A stretch of 64,000 bases of DNA from positions 5,152,001 to 5,216,000 of the forward strand of contig OZ245742.1 in assembly GCA_965227295.1 (NCBI GenBank). Direction: 5' to 3'. Within the stretch, counting starts at the first letter, position 1; the number at the start of each line of letters is the position of its first letter. Positions 48,639 to 58,452 of this stretch are shown here, one piece after another. Position numbers and translations under genes: made by a program. The notes under the pieces are model-generated. The model was not told the origin of the DNA and did not search any database. It was given only the letters and a program-made list of their open reading frames with translations. The stretch is from Leptonemataceae bacterium. GTDB lineage: Bacteria > Spirochaetota > Leptospiria > Leptospirales > Leptonemataceae.

Positions 48639-49670
48639 TCAGTACACGGCGCGCACGGCGATGGAGTGCACCTCAACGCGTCCCAGGCGAATCGTGTGCA
48701 ACTGTGTGCTGCGAAGATTGCGAAAGAGCACCTGACCGCCGTCCGCCGACCAGAAGGGCGGCCCCGGCTCTATCTTCGCCGTCCCGCTCAACACCGAGCG
48801 TTGCTCGCTGCCGTCCGCCTGCATCAGAAAGAGATCGTAGCGACGCGTCGATGCGTTGTAGCGCCGGAAGGCGATCCTGTTGCCGTCCGGCGACCAGCGC
48901 GGGTACGAGTCGTTCGCGGCGTGCTGCGAAAGATTGCGCGGGCTCGTTCCGTCGGCGTTCATTACGAAGATTTCACTGTTGCCCTGGACCTCGCGCACGT
49001 GCAGGATCCGCGATCCGTCCGGCGACCAGCGCGGCGTGCTCCAGACGACGCCGGCGGAGTCACCGGTCAATCGTCGCCGCCCCGTACCGTCGGCATTCAA
49101 CGTATAGATGTCCCCCGCGTCCTGGTAGAGCAGCTTCGAACCGTCCGGGGCCCAGGCGTAGTCACTGGCGAAGTCGCTGCGCCCCTCATCCAGGCGGACG
49201 TGCACGGAACCATCGAGGGCCGTAAGAAAATAACGCTTCCGGGAGCGTACAGAACACGAGCGCTGCACACAGGATTGATAGAGATCCGGCCAGTTGTAGA
49301 TCAAACGACTGCCGTCGGGTGACCACTGAAAGTCTTCGGGGATGGCCTCGGTCCGGCTCCGGGCAATCAGCCGGCGCTCGGCCCCGTCGTCGCTTTTGCC
49401 GGCAGGGACGACGTAGAGCGCGGCGTCAGGGTTCTCCTCCGGGCTGTTCGCAATACTGCGGGCCTGGCCCTGGAAATCCACGACGACCTCCAGCCGCCAG
49501 CGACCATCCGGGGAAACACCGGCCTCGGTCGGGCCGGAATCACCGCCGACCACCCGCGGCGCACCGGCGCGGTCCGCACCGGCACCGTCCGCACCGAAGC
49601 AGGCCACGGCAAACAGGCCCGCCAGTGTCGCCGCAAAGAGTGCACCCGAAATATCCCGAAGACGAATCAT
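48639..49670 (-). CDS. TolB-like PD40 beta-propeller lipoprotein
   Basis: Lipobox FAVAC; repeated WSPDG and MNADG motifs. Confidence 0.85.
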   Translation of the reverse strand: MIRLRDISGALFAATLAGLFAVACFGADGAGADRAGAPRVVGGDSGPTEAGVSPDGRWRLEVVVDFQGQARSIANSPEENPDAALYVVPAGKSDDGAERRLIARSRTEAIPEDFQWSPDGSRLIYNWPDLYQSCVQRSCSVRSRKRYFLTALDGSVHVRLDEGRSDFASDYAWAPDGSKLLYQDAGDIYTLNADGTGRRRLTGDSAGVVWSTPRWSPDGSRILHVREVQGNSEIFVMNADGTSPRNLSQHAANDSYPRWSPDGNRIAFRRYNASTRRYDLFLMQADGSEQRSVLSGTAKIEPGPPFWSADGGQVLFRNLRSTQLHTIRLGRVEVHSIAVRAVY

Positions 49671-49816
49671 TATGAAACTCCATCCCCGTACAACCGGGGC
49701 CACGTCTCATGTACCCGAGAACCCACTAATCGTCTCAAAAAAAATGATGAAACCTCCAGCGACCGGAAGGTGCAGTTTGTATTGCGGCCTGGACATACCT
49801 GCCGTATTTCGGGCGG

Positions 49817-50854
49817 ATGCAAGACTCCTCGAACCGCAATTACATTCGGCTGTCGGCCCTCGGCGTGTTAGTGGTCGCCCTGGCGGCCTATCTGCTCTAC
49901 GATCCGCTGCCCTACGAGTACGAGCCGCAGCCCCTGCCCGACACCTTCGAGGAGTTCCTACAGCAAAAGCTCGAAGCCAGTGAGGCCGCCGGCACCCGGG
50001 AATTCAACGAGGAGAAGCTCATCCGCTACGCCCCGAAGACCGAGTATGCCGTGCTCTACATCCACGGCTTCGGCGCCTCCCGGGGCGAAGGCGAGTACGT
50101 CTTCGATCGTGTCGCCGAAAAGCTCCAGGCCAACACCTATTACATGCGCCTGCCCGGCCACGGCACAAACAAAGAGGATCACGCAAACACGACCTACAAG
50201 GACTACCTCGATTCCGTGGAAGAAGCGTTCGCGATGATGCCGAAGCTCGGCGATCGCATCCTCATCGGCGGCTGCAGCACCGGGGCCACCCTTGCCACGT
50301 ATCTCGCTTCGAAGTACCCCGAGCGTGTGGCCGGGTTGATCCTGGTCTCGCCGTTCTACGAATTCCGCGATCCGACCACGTCGACCATCGCGGGCATGCC
50401 CGGCGGGGAGACGATCATCACGACGGTGATGGGCGAGGTTCGCGACGCCCGCTGGCCCGAGGACGATCCGGAAAACCGCAAGGTCGAAGGTTACGACGGC
50501 CGCTGGTTAACGGAGCAGTACTATAGTGCCGTCGTCCGCCTGAACGCCCTGCGCGCCTACGTCGCAAAGGACCACATCTACGGCCGCATCATCGCCCCGA
50601 CGCTCATGCTTTATTACTACAAGGACGAAGAACACCAGGACACGGTCGTCAGCGTAGAGGCCATGCTCGCGGCCCTCGCAAAGTTCGGTGAACTCCAGGA
50701 ACAGGGACCGCATCCGCTCAACCGCGCCGTAGCCGTCGAGGACGCCAATCACATCATGATCAGCGAGTTCGTACGCACGGATAAGGACTTCATCATGCAA
50801 ACGATCAACGCGTTTCTGGACGATCTCGTACAGTACGAGCAGGACAGTAAGTAA
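49817..50854 (+). CDS. Membrane-anchored alpha/beta hydrolase (esterase/lipase)
   Basis: YIHGFGAS, RLPGHG and the nucleophile elbow GCSTG. Confidence 0.88.
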   Translation: MQDSSNRNYIRLSALGVLVVALAAYLLYDPLPYEYEPQPLPDTFEEFLQQKLEASEAAGTREFNEEKLIRYAPKTEYAVLYIHGFGASRGEGEYVFDRVAEKLQANTYYMRLPGHGTNKEDHANTTYKDYLDSVEEAFAMMPKLGDRILIGGCSTGATLATYLASKYPERVAGLILVSPFYEFRDPTTSTIAGMPGGETIITTVMGEVRDARWPEDDPENRKVEGYDGRWLTEQYYSAVVRLNALRAYVAKDHIYGRIIAPTLMLYYYKDEEHQDTVVSVEAMLAALAKFGELQEQGPHPLNRAVAVEDANHIMISEFVRTDKDFIMQTINAFLDDLVQYEQDSK

Positions 50855-50879
50855 AACTGAAATACGATTACGCGCCGGC

Positions 50880-53603
50880 CTAATCCGACAACGCCTGCGC
50901 GAGTTGCTTCACCTTCTCGTGCGAATCGTCGAGACGTTCCGCGCGTTCCAGGATCACCCGCGCGCGATCGACGGCACCGGAGAGCCGGTAGACGTCGGCC
51001 AGGCAGACCAGATTATTCAGGTTCTCCGGATCGCGCAGGTGGCAACGTTCCCCGAAGTCCGCGGCGCTTTCGTATTCGGCGAGTTGCTTGAGAACGAAAG
51101 ACGTGTAGTACAGAAACGTGGCGTCGGCCGGGTGTTCGTGGGCGTACAACAAACACAGGTCCCGCGCGCGATCGTACTCCCGGCGGCGAATGCGCAGTTT
51201 GGCAAGCTCCCGCAGAATTTCCGGGTGCTCCGGATCCAGTTCCAGGCCGCGGCCCCACTCTTCCAGCGCCGTTTCCAGGTGTCCGTCCCGATAAGCCCGA
51301 CGCCCGGATCGGAGCAGCTCCAGGGTTTGCTCCGCGTGCGGACGCGGTTCGAGCGGCTGGCCCTCGCGAAAGCCCACACGAATGATCGTTAGGTCGTCGG
51401 TGAGTTCGCCTTTACTGCGCAGGGCCTGCTCCACGGCCCCCAGCTCGCCGCCGCCGTCCTCAATGCGCCGCAGGAACTCGTGCTCGTCTTCGTTCAACAC
51501 CCGGCGGCCGTCGTCTTCGCCGATCATGATGTCGTCCCGGCCGTCGGAGCCCGAGAAGATCACGTCGCCGGGCTCAAGGACGAACGACTTCACCCGCAAT
51601 TCGCCGCCCAGCTCCGGTCCCAGGTCGATGCCGATCTTGCGCACGCTGAGATCTTCTTCAATGAAACGCGCACGACCGTCGCGATACAGGGCGACGTAGG
51701 GATGTTCGGCGTTGACGTAGTAGAGCATGCCCGTGTGTTCTTCCACCAGGCCGACGACGACGGACACTAACATCGTACCATCGAAGGTTATGAAGGCGTC
51801 CTGCAATTCCCGGTAGGCCTGGCGCAGCCACTGCTCCGGATACATGCGACTCACGGTCTTCGAATGTCGTGTGCGATTCAACACGCTCTTGAAGACCGTG
51901 CCCAGCACCAGGGCCCCGCCGGCTCCCTGCATGGACTTGCCCATGGCGTCGCCGTTTAAGAACAGGACATAATTGCGATCCCGCAGCCGGAGATCGTGGG
52001 CGACGTTCAGGTCCCCGCCGAGTTCGGAATCGCGATCGCGAAACGTAAATTGTTTCTTCTGGCGTTCCAGCATGTCCACGTTGACGAACTCATTCTTCGT
52101 AAAGTTGCCGCCCAGGGGACGCACCAACAGCGACGTCAAAAAGTAATCCCCGTCCTGCTGTTCTTTGAGCTTGCGAACCTTCTGAAGCGTGGTATTCAGT
52201 TCTTCGGTGCGTTGTTCCACCTTGCGTTCCAGATTGCGGTTCAAATCCTCCACGGCCTGGTTCAATCGTACAAAGCGGTTCGCGAGTACCAACGCCATGC
52301 TCAACACAAACACCACGAACGTAAAACCCAGGGTCCGCGGCAGATTGTAATAGCCGTAATGGGAACCGGCGTCCACGAACATCGAAGCGATGAACAGCAA
52401 CAGGCCGCCCAGAATGTAATAGGCATCGCGTTCGCGTTGCAGGGCCCGGAGTGTTACCAGCGCGAAGAACGGGACCAGGAAAACGAGCACCGACGGCAGA
52501 AAGAAAGTATCGTTGAACCAGCTCCACAGTCGCGTATCGGTCGTGAACAGGACGAGTATGAACTGGGCGGCGTGGACCGCGAGGGCGGCCATGACCAGTC
52601 GATCCAGCCAGATTTCTGCAACGAGGAAACGTCGCGGTGCAACCTCACCGGCTTCGCCGGCGGCGGGCCGGGCGAGATCGAAGTAGCTGCGCAGGAAAAA
52701 GTAAAACGTCCCCGGCATGGTCGAGAGAGCCAGGTACTCGATCTTTTTCATGGTCCAGAAGTCGAGGCCGAGTTCGTACTTCAGTTGCGTACGTAGAAAC
52801 TGGTAGAGCACCAGGCCCCAGGCGAAGAGTGTGAAGAACAGGTTTTCCTTTTCCACCCGGCGTCGCAAAAATAAGAACAGGAAGTACGCGCCCACGGTAA
52901 AGTAGATCACCAGGATCAGCGCGGCCAGAAAGTTCGAGACGTAGTACTCCCGCAATAACAGCCGGGCCGGGCCGATCTGTGTGGTGTTACGAAAGATGCC
53001 GACGTTGTCCTCGAAGTATCCCTGCACCTGCACGAGCAGTACGTTCACACCGTCATTGCGAAGGACACCCTCGGGGATCATGTAGAGCCGGTGGCGATCG
53101 TAGGCCTCGGGCCGCGGCGAATCGAAGGTGCCGGTCGCGCCGATGCGCACGCCGTTCAAATACGCCACGTCGCGATCGCTGATTTCGCCGAGACGCACGG
53201 CCAGGGGCTCCTGGACCTCGCCGTTCAAATAAAACGTTTTGTGATACCACGCCGGCTTCGAGGTATCCTCGACGACGCCCTGCACGAAGAGGTCGCCGGG
53301 AATCGCAACGGCCGTCCAGTCCACAGTGTCCGTGGAATCGGCGGCGGGGCGGCCCTCTAACACACGGCGAGAGTATGTTACGGGATCGAGCTCCGCCGCC
53401 GTCGCCCACCAGGTATGCGCGGCGGGACTGCCGGGCGCCGGTGTATCGAGGCTGTGGATCGTCGACAGATCGGAGATGCGTTGAATCACGAAATTCGCCG
53501 CATCGTCCTGCGCCGCAAGACGAGCGAACGGCGCGAGACCCAACAACAAGATGACGCCGGCTGCCAGGGAGAATGAATCGGTAAAGAAGTATCGAAATCG
53601 CAT
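50880..53603 (-). CDS. SpoIIE/PP2C phosphatase with GH2-like sugar-binding ectodomain, 7TM region and TPR tail
   Basis: WYHKTF..LGEISDRDVAYLNG, 7 TM segments, QQDGDYFLTS, LGGD, GDAMGKSMQGA, GSDGRDD, DDLT, and TPR-like helices. Confidence 0.9.
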   Translation of the reverse strand: MRFRYFFTDSFSLAAGVILLLGLAPFARLAAQDDAANFVIQRISDLSTIHSLDTPAPGSPAAHTWWATAAELDPVTYSRRVLEGRPAADSTDTVDWTAVAIPGDLFVQGVVEDTSKPAWYHKTFYLNGEVQEPLAVRLGEISDRDVAYLNGVRIGATGTFDSPRPEAYDRHRLYMIPEGVLRNDGVNVLLVQVQGYFEDNVGIFRNTTQIGPARLLLREYYVSNFLAALILVIYFTVGAYFLFLFLRRRVEKENLFFTLFAWGLVLYQFLRTQLKYELGLDFWTMKKIEYLALSTMPGTFYFFLRSYFDLARPAAGEAGEVAPRRFLVAEIWLDRLVMAALAVHAAQFILVLFTTDTRLWSWFNDTFFLPSVLVFLVPFFALVTLRALQRERDAYYILGGLLLFIASMFVDAGSHYGYYNLPRTLGFTFVVFVLSMALVLANRFVRLNQAVEDLNRNLERKVEQRTEELNTTLQKVRKLKEQQDGDYFLTSLLVRPLGGNFTKNEFVNVDMLERQKKQFTFRDRDSELGGDLNVAHDLRLRDRNYVLFLNGDAMGKSMQGAGGALVLGTVFKSVLNRTRHSKTVSRMYPEQWLRQAYRELQDAFITFDGTMLVSVVVGLVEEHTGMLYYVNAEHPYVALYRDGRARFIEEDLSVRKIGIDLGPELGGELRVKSFVLEPGDVIFSGSDGRDDIMIGEDDGRRVLNEDEHEFLRRIEDGGGELGAVEQALRSKGELTDDLTIIRVGFREGQPLEPRPHAEQTLELLRSGRRAYRDGHLETALEEWGRGLELDPEHPEILRELAKLRIRRREYDRARDLCLLYAHEHPADATFLYYTSFVLKQLAEYESAADFGERCHLRDPENLNNLVCLADVYRLSGAVDRARVILERAERLDDSHEKVKQLAQALSD

Positions 53604-53714
53604 GAACACCGCTCTATATTGTTCTATATTATAAAAGAAACTATTCTAATATATTAACCATATATTGCACGGCGTGTGTCACTCGCATTGCAAAAAGATT
53701 TCGCGCACGCCGGC

Positions 53715-54605
53715 TTATGTCGCGCCGTTTGCCTCAAGGCTGCGGGCGAGTTCGTAGTAAGCCTCGCGCGAAATCTCCTCGGCACGCCGATCCGGATCGA
53801 CGCCCACGGTGCGCGCGGCGACGTGCAGTTGCTCCGGATCCAGGTAGCCGCGGCGATCCTGTTTCCAGGAGTTCGCCAGCTTCTTGCGGCGCGCGGCGAA
53901 GCTCATGCGCAGCACTTTCTCGAGCACTGCGGCCCGGCAACGGGGCCCGTCGTTGTGACGCCGGTACTCCAGGATCGTGGACGAAACCCTCGGCCGCGGA
54001 AAGAATGCGTTCGGCCCGATCACACCGAGATCCTGCCACGTACCGAAGTTGCCGAGATACACGTTCAGTGAGCTGTCGGATCGCTCCGCGGTAACGCGAT
54101 CGGCGAATTCACGCTGTGTGAGAAAAACGCCGCGGCGTACGAACTCCAGTTCGGAGCACGCGGTCAACAAATCGGTGCTGATGTAGTACGGTAGATTGCC
54201 GCATACCAATCGCAACCGTCGGCGTTCCAGCACGGCATCGCCGCAGGTCGCGTCCGCATCGCGCAGCTCTGCGAGAAACTTCAAGGCGTCGCCGCGTTGC
54301 AGATGAAACGCCGCGCCGGCATAAGACTCCCGCAGGGTTTCTTCCAGAACGTCGGCGAGCACCGGATCCAGCTCCACGGCAAAGACCTCCCGCCCCGCTT
54401 CGAGCAGTTGATGCGTAATCGCCCCAGGACCGGGGCCGATTTCCAACACGGGATCCTCGCCGTCGGCCAGCACGGCGTCGGCAATGCGCCGCGCCTGGGC
54501 CGCGTCGGTCAGAAAACTCTGGCCGTGTCGTTTGCGCGGCGCGGCCCCGCGCGCGCTGAGTTCGTCGCGGATACGGGCGGGGCTGAAGAAGGGAAACGTC
54601 GGCAC
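53715..54605 (-). CDS. rsmA: 16S rRNA m6,2A dimethyltransferase
   Basis: HGQSFL, LEIGPGPGAIT, GNLPYYIS, FFPRPRVSS and FAARRKKL motifs. Confidence 0.92.
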   Translation of the reverse strand: MPTFPFFSPARIRDELSARGAAPRKRHGQSFLTDAAQARRIADAVLADGEDPVLEIGPGPGAITHQLLEAGREVFAVELDPVLADVLEETLRESYAGAAFHLQRGDALKFLAELRDADATCGDAVLERRRLRLVCGNLPYYISTDLLTACSELEFVRRGVFLTQREFADRVTAERSDSSLNVYLGNFGTWQDLGVIGPNAFFPRPRVSSTILEYRRHNDGPRCRAAVLEKVLRMSFAARRKKLANSWKQDRRGYLDPEQLHVAARTVGVDPDRRAEEISREAYYELARSLEANGAT

Positions 54606-54682
54606 GGGATACCATCGCGCGGGGCTTGTGCTGATGCAAGTGTTATGAATTCCAAAATCGTCCGATTACCGGCTCTTCTGCG

Positions 54683-56434
54683 CTAACGCAAGAAGGACAT
54701 GATTACTACCAACCACGCTCCCGGGGGACCGAGCAGGATCAACAAGACCAACACCGCCCGCGCGTACCATCGCCGCCGGGACTGCCCGTGCTCCTGATCC
54801 CGGCGGACCGTGCGCCGTAACATCCACAGCGCAACAATTAAGAGCGCATTTAAGAACAGAGGCACCCACAGGGCCGGCCGCAAATCATCCGGCGGCAGCA
54901 GGACTTCCAGCCGCCCCAGTTCGGCGCATAACGTCACGAAGACCGACAACGCTGCGAGCGCCGGCCACAACACGAGCGCCGCGTGTTCCGTACACTGCGC
55001 CGCGATCATTCCCAACACCAGCAAGGGCAGACTGAGGGCCGCCACGGGAACCAGCAACACGTTCGCGGGCAGGTTCAGGTACGCGTGGGCGCCGAAGACC
55101 AGGATCAGCACCGGATTCGTAAACAAACTCGCCGCGGAACTTACGGCCGCCTGAGCCGCGGCGAATCGGCCGGCCTTTGCGCCGAGCCAGGCCCCGAACG
55201 CCACCAGGGCTCCGCGGCCCGCTCGCCGGCTCCGGCGCGTCAGCGCGAAATCGTACAGCGGCCGGGTGAAAAAGAGAATGCCGGCCACCGCCCCGAACGA
55301 GAGCGCCGCCCCCGGACTGACGAAGTCCCGGGGCGAAAGCAGGAGCACGATCACGCCGGCGTTTAAGAGATACTCCCTGGAACTTAAGCGCCGCTGCACG
55401 ATGTGAAAGAAGGCGTGCAACGATAGCAGGGTGTAAGCACGCAGGAGCGAGACGGGAAAATCCAGACAATAGAGATACACGCCGCACGGCCCGAGCGGCA
55501 AGAGTAACGCGAACGGATGTTTGCGACCGAAGAGCCGGCCCAACGGAAAATACAGACAGCCGTACAAAATGCCCAGGTGCAGGCCGCTGGCCGCGAACAA
55601 GTGCAGAACGCCCAGTTCCGCGGCGCCCTGCTTGAACTGGCGTTGCAGATAACCGGATCGACCGAGCAGCATGCCGAGCGCCGTACCGTGGCGCGGGTCC
55701 CGGTAGTCCAGCCCGGCCCGCTCCAGGTTTTCGCGCAGCGTCTGCTGCAGACGTCCGGCGAGGGTCGGCCGGCTGCAATCCACCTCCCGGACATGATAAC
55801 GCTTCGAAAGACGCAGCGTGGCGCGCGCCTGTTTTAGCCGGCGCAGGTATCCGTGATAACCGTCGTCGCTCAGAGGCTCCGGACGGCCGCGGCCGGAGAG
55901 ATGCAACCCCAGTTCGCAGCCGGGCACCAGATCATACACATTCACCTGGAGATGAGCCCGAAATAATCCGGCCGTGCGTTCACTCCAGCGCCCGAGACGA
56001 ATCCAGACGTCCCGCTTTCGGCTTAAGTATGCTCCGCTAACTTCTAGCTGTACGATGTATGCCCCCGGGCGCAGCACTTCCGTAACGCGGGCCGTCGCGC
56101 CCAGGGCATGGCGGTAGTTCGGTCGCAACCGGCCGCGCCGGGCGTCGTAGACCGGAGCCGTCCATTCGAAGAGGGCCGCCGGCGGTTCCACGGTTACGTC
56201 TTCCTGATCCAGACGCCAGGCCGTACCGACGCAAATGAGCGCGGCAAAAAACCACAATGTAACATTGCGCACACTCCGGCGTAAGATCACGGCTGGCAAC
56301 ATGGCCACCGTGGTGCCCGCTGCAAAGAACGCGGCCGCCTCTCGAAAGCGATTCGCCGCCTGGTCCGGGGCGAGGAGTAAGATCGCTACGGCGACGACGA
56401 GAACGCTGAGCTTGATGTGGGCGGCCAGGGGCAT
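54683..56434 (-). CDS. comEC: ComEC/Rec2 competence membrane protein (no C-terminal lactamase domain)
   Basis: HLFAASGLHLG, SLLRA and LSFGAVAGI motifs. Confidence 0.85.
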   Translation of the reverse strand: MPLAAHIKLSVLVVAVAILLLAPDQAANRFREAAAFFAAGTTVAMLPAVILRRSVRNVTLWFFAALICVGTAWRLDQEDVTVEPPAALFEWTAPVYDARRGRLRPNYRHALGATARVTEVLRPGAYIVQLEVSGAYLSRKRDVWIRLGRWSERTAGLFRAHLQVNVYDLVPGCELGLHLSGRGRPEPLSDDGYHGYLRRLKQARATLRLSKRYHVREVDCSRPTLAGRLQQTLRENLERAGLDYRDPRHGTALGMLLGRSGYLQRQFKQGAAELGVLHLFAASGLHLGILYGCLYFPLGRLFGRKHPFALLLPLGPCGVYLYCLDFPVSLLRAYTLLSLHAFFHIVQRRLSSREYLLNAGVIVLLLSPRDFVSPGAALSFGAVAGILFFTRPLYDFALTRRSRRAGRGALVAFGAWLGAKAGRFAAAQAAVSSAASLFTNPVLILVFGAHAYLNLPANVLLVPVAALSLPLLVLGMIAAQCTEHAALVLWPALAALSVFVTLCAELGRLEVLLPPDDLRPALWVPLFLNALLIVALWMLRRTVRRDQEHGQSRRRWYARAVLVLLILLGPPGAWLVVIMSFLR

Positions 56435-56520
56435 GCGCTGAGAGGGCGCAGGTACCGCCGATCGTTGCGCGTTTTTTGTTGCTTGCCGAATTTTTCTGAG
56501 CGGCTTTGATGTACGTGAAT

Positions 56521-57507
56521 ATGCGCGGAGTTTCTCGTTTCGTTCGCGGCGTGCTCGGCGCCGTGCTCATCGCCGCAGGCACCCTGCCGGCGCAGCCTCC
56601 ATCGGCACGGCCGGATCGCGTCGTCTTTCTCGTGCTGGACGGCGTGCGCAGCGAAGAGTTTTTCATCGGCCGCAGTCCGTACCGCAAGAAGCGCGGCCCG
56701 CATCTTTCAAAAGAAAAGCTGCTGCCCTTTGTCTGGACCAGGCTCGCCTCGCACGCGGACTCGCGGGTCTTCGGCAATCGTTTCGCACATCGGAACCGCC
56801 GCGACTATTGTAAGATCAACAACACCTACGGTGTCTCGTTACCGGCCTACGCCGATCTTTTGAGCGGCCTGCGCCAGAGCGAAGTTCGCTCCAACGATTT
56901 CGACGGACCGTCGCCGACCGCGACGATCCCCGATCAACTCATCGACGCCGGCGTGCTGCCGGAAGAGATCGCCGTGTTCGCAAGCTGGGCGAACATCCGC
57001 CACGTGGCCAGTCGCGAAGCGGAACCGGAATTTTACGTGAGCACCGGCCTGCGCGAAGACGACGTCGAACCACGCTGGTCTAACGCCCGCCACGACGCCG
57101 ATCTTTTCGACGACGTCCGCGCCTACGTCGAAGAACAGGACGCGTTGCGTTATCTTTTCATCGCCTTCAACGACAGCGACGAGTGGGCCCACCTCGGCGA
57201 CTATCCGAGGTACATCAAGTCCATCCGGCGTCAGGACGAGTTCATTCGGAAGTTATATGATTTTCTGGAATCCCGCGACGACTACCGCGGGCGCACGGCG
57301 TACTTCATCACCACGGATCACGGTCGGGGCCGCGGCAAACACTGGCGCAATCACGGCCGCGTGCCGGGGAGTCAGTACATCTGGGCGTTGGTGCATACGC
57401 CGGGCTCACCGCCGCCCGCGGATTTGTTCGGCGACGACGGTTGCAGCCACGTGAGTCTGGCGCAGCAGGCGCTGGAGATCGCGGGGCGCAAGGTTTCGCT
57501 GAGGTGA
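56521..57507 (+). CDS. Secreted alkaline-phosphatase-superfamily protein
   Basis: VLDGVR, SLPAY, DEWAH and TTDHGRG motifs. Confidence 0.8.
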   Translation: MRGVSRFVRGVLGAVLIAAGTLPAQPPSARPDRVVFLVLDGVRSEEFFIGRSPYRKKRGPHLSKEKLLPFVWTRLASHADSRVFGNRFAHRNRRDYCKINNTYGVSLPAYADLLSGLRQSEVRSNDFDGPSPTATIPDQLIDAGVLPEEIAVFASWANIRHVASREAEPEFYVSTGLREDDVEPRWSNARHDADLFDDVRAYVEEQDALRYLFIAFNDSDEWAHLGDYPRYIKSIRRQDEFIRKLYDFLESRDDYRGRTAYFITTDHGRGRGKHWRNHGRVPGSQYIWALVHTPGSPPPADLFGDDGCSHVSLAQQALEIAGRKVSLR

Positions 57508-57564
57508 GACGTCAGTTTTCCGGGTTTTCGTCATTGCCGGCCCGGCAGTAACGCCGGGTCCGCA

Positions 57565-58452
57565 TCAGCCCACCCCGTCAGCCGTAAACACGCACGAGCT
57601 TCCTGAAGGATAACCCAACCCGCTCGCGCTCTCCGGAATACTCAACTCGCCCGTATGAAACGTGCCGCTATGCCCCGCGCTAAAACGCCCGGCGAGCAAC
57701 CGGGCGAGCGTCTCCGCCGTGTAACCGGTGGAGTGACACGTCAACACCACGGCATCCGGCCGGCCGTCGCAGAGTTCCATCAACAAATCGAGCAGTTCCG
57801 GCAGATCACGTTCAATCTTCCAGACCTCGCCCTTGCTACCGCGGCCAAACGTCGGCGGATCTAAAATTAGCACGCGGTAGCGACGCTCCCGGCGTACCTC
57901 GCGTTTGAGAAACTTCACGACGTCGTCCACGATCCAGCGGACCGGACGATCGGCCAGGCCGGAGGCGCGCGCGTTGTCGCGGGCCCAATCGGTCATACCC
58001 TTCGAAGAATCCAGGTGCGTCACGGAGAGCCCGCCGGCCAGGCAGGCCAGGGTCGAGAGTCCCGAGTACGCGAAGAGATTCAACGCCCACGGTTCGGCGT
58101 GCAGTCGCTGCAATTGCGGCCCCAGTTCCGTGAGCCGGCGCCAGTTTTCGAGCTGTTCGGGAAAAATGCCCAGGTGACCGAAGGGGGTAAACCGGATCTT
58201 AACCGTGAAAGAATCAATCTTAACGTAGAATTCGTCCGGCGGCTGAAAACCGTCGCGCCATTCCCAGTGACCGCTGCCGGTATCGTTCTTAATGTACGTG
58301 CCGTGAATGTTAGCGTCGTTCCAGAGTTCCGGTTTCGCCGGCGGCCAGGCAGCCACAGCGGCCGGGCGTACCACGACGCAGGGGCCGACACGTTCCAGGC
58401 GACGATAGTCGCCGGTGTCCAGCAGTTCGTATGTACCCTCGGAAGATTTCAG
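57565..58452 (-). CDS. SAM-dependent methyltransferase (RlmI/RlmK-like), probable CTG start
   Basis: YELLDTGDYRRLERVG, HLGIFPEQ, LNLFAYSG and ILDPPTFG. The conserved N-terminus lies upstream of the first GTG. Confidence 0.85.
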   Translation of the reverse strand: MKSSEGTYELLDTGDYRRLERVGPCVVVRPAAVAAWPPAKPELWNDANIHGTYIKNDTGSGHWEWRDGFQPPDEFYVKIDSFTVKIRFTPFGHLGIFPEQLENWRRLTELGPQLQRLHAEPWALNLFAYSGLSTLACLAGGLSVTHLDSSKGMTDWARDNARASGLADRPVRWIVDDVVKFLKREVRRERRYRVLILDPPTFGRGSKGEVWKIERDLPELLDLLMELCDGRPDAVVLTCHSTGYTAETLARLLAGRFSAGHSGTFHTGELSIPESASGLGYPSGSSCVFTADGVG

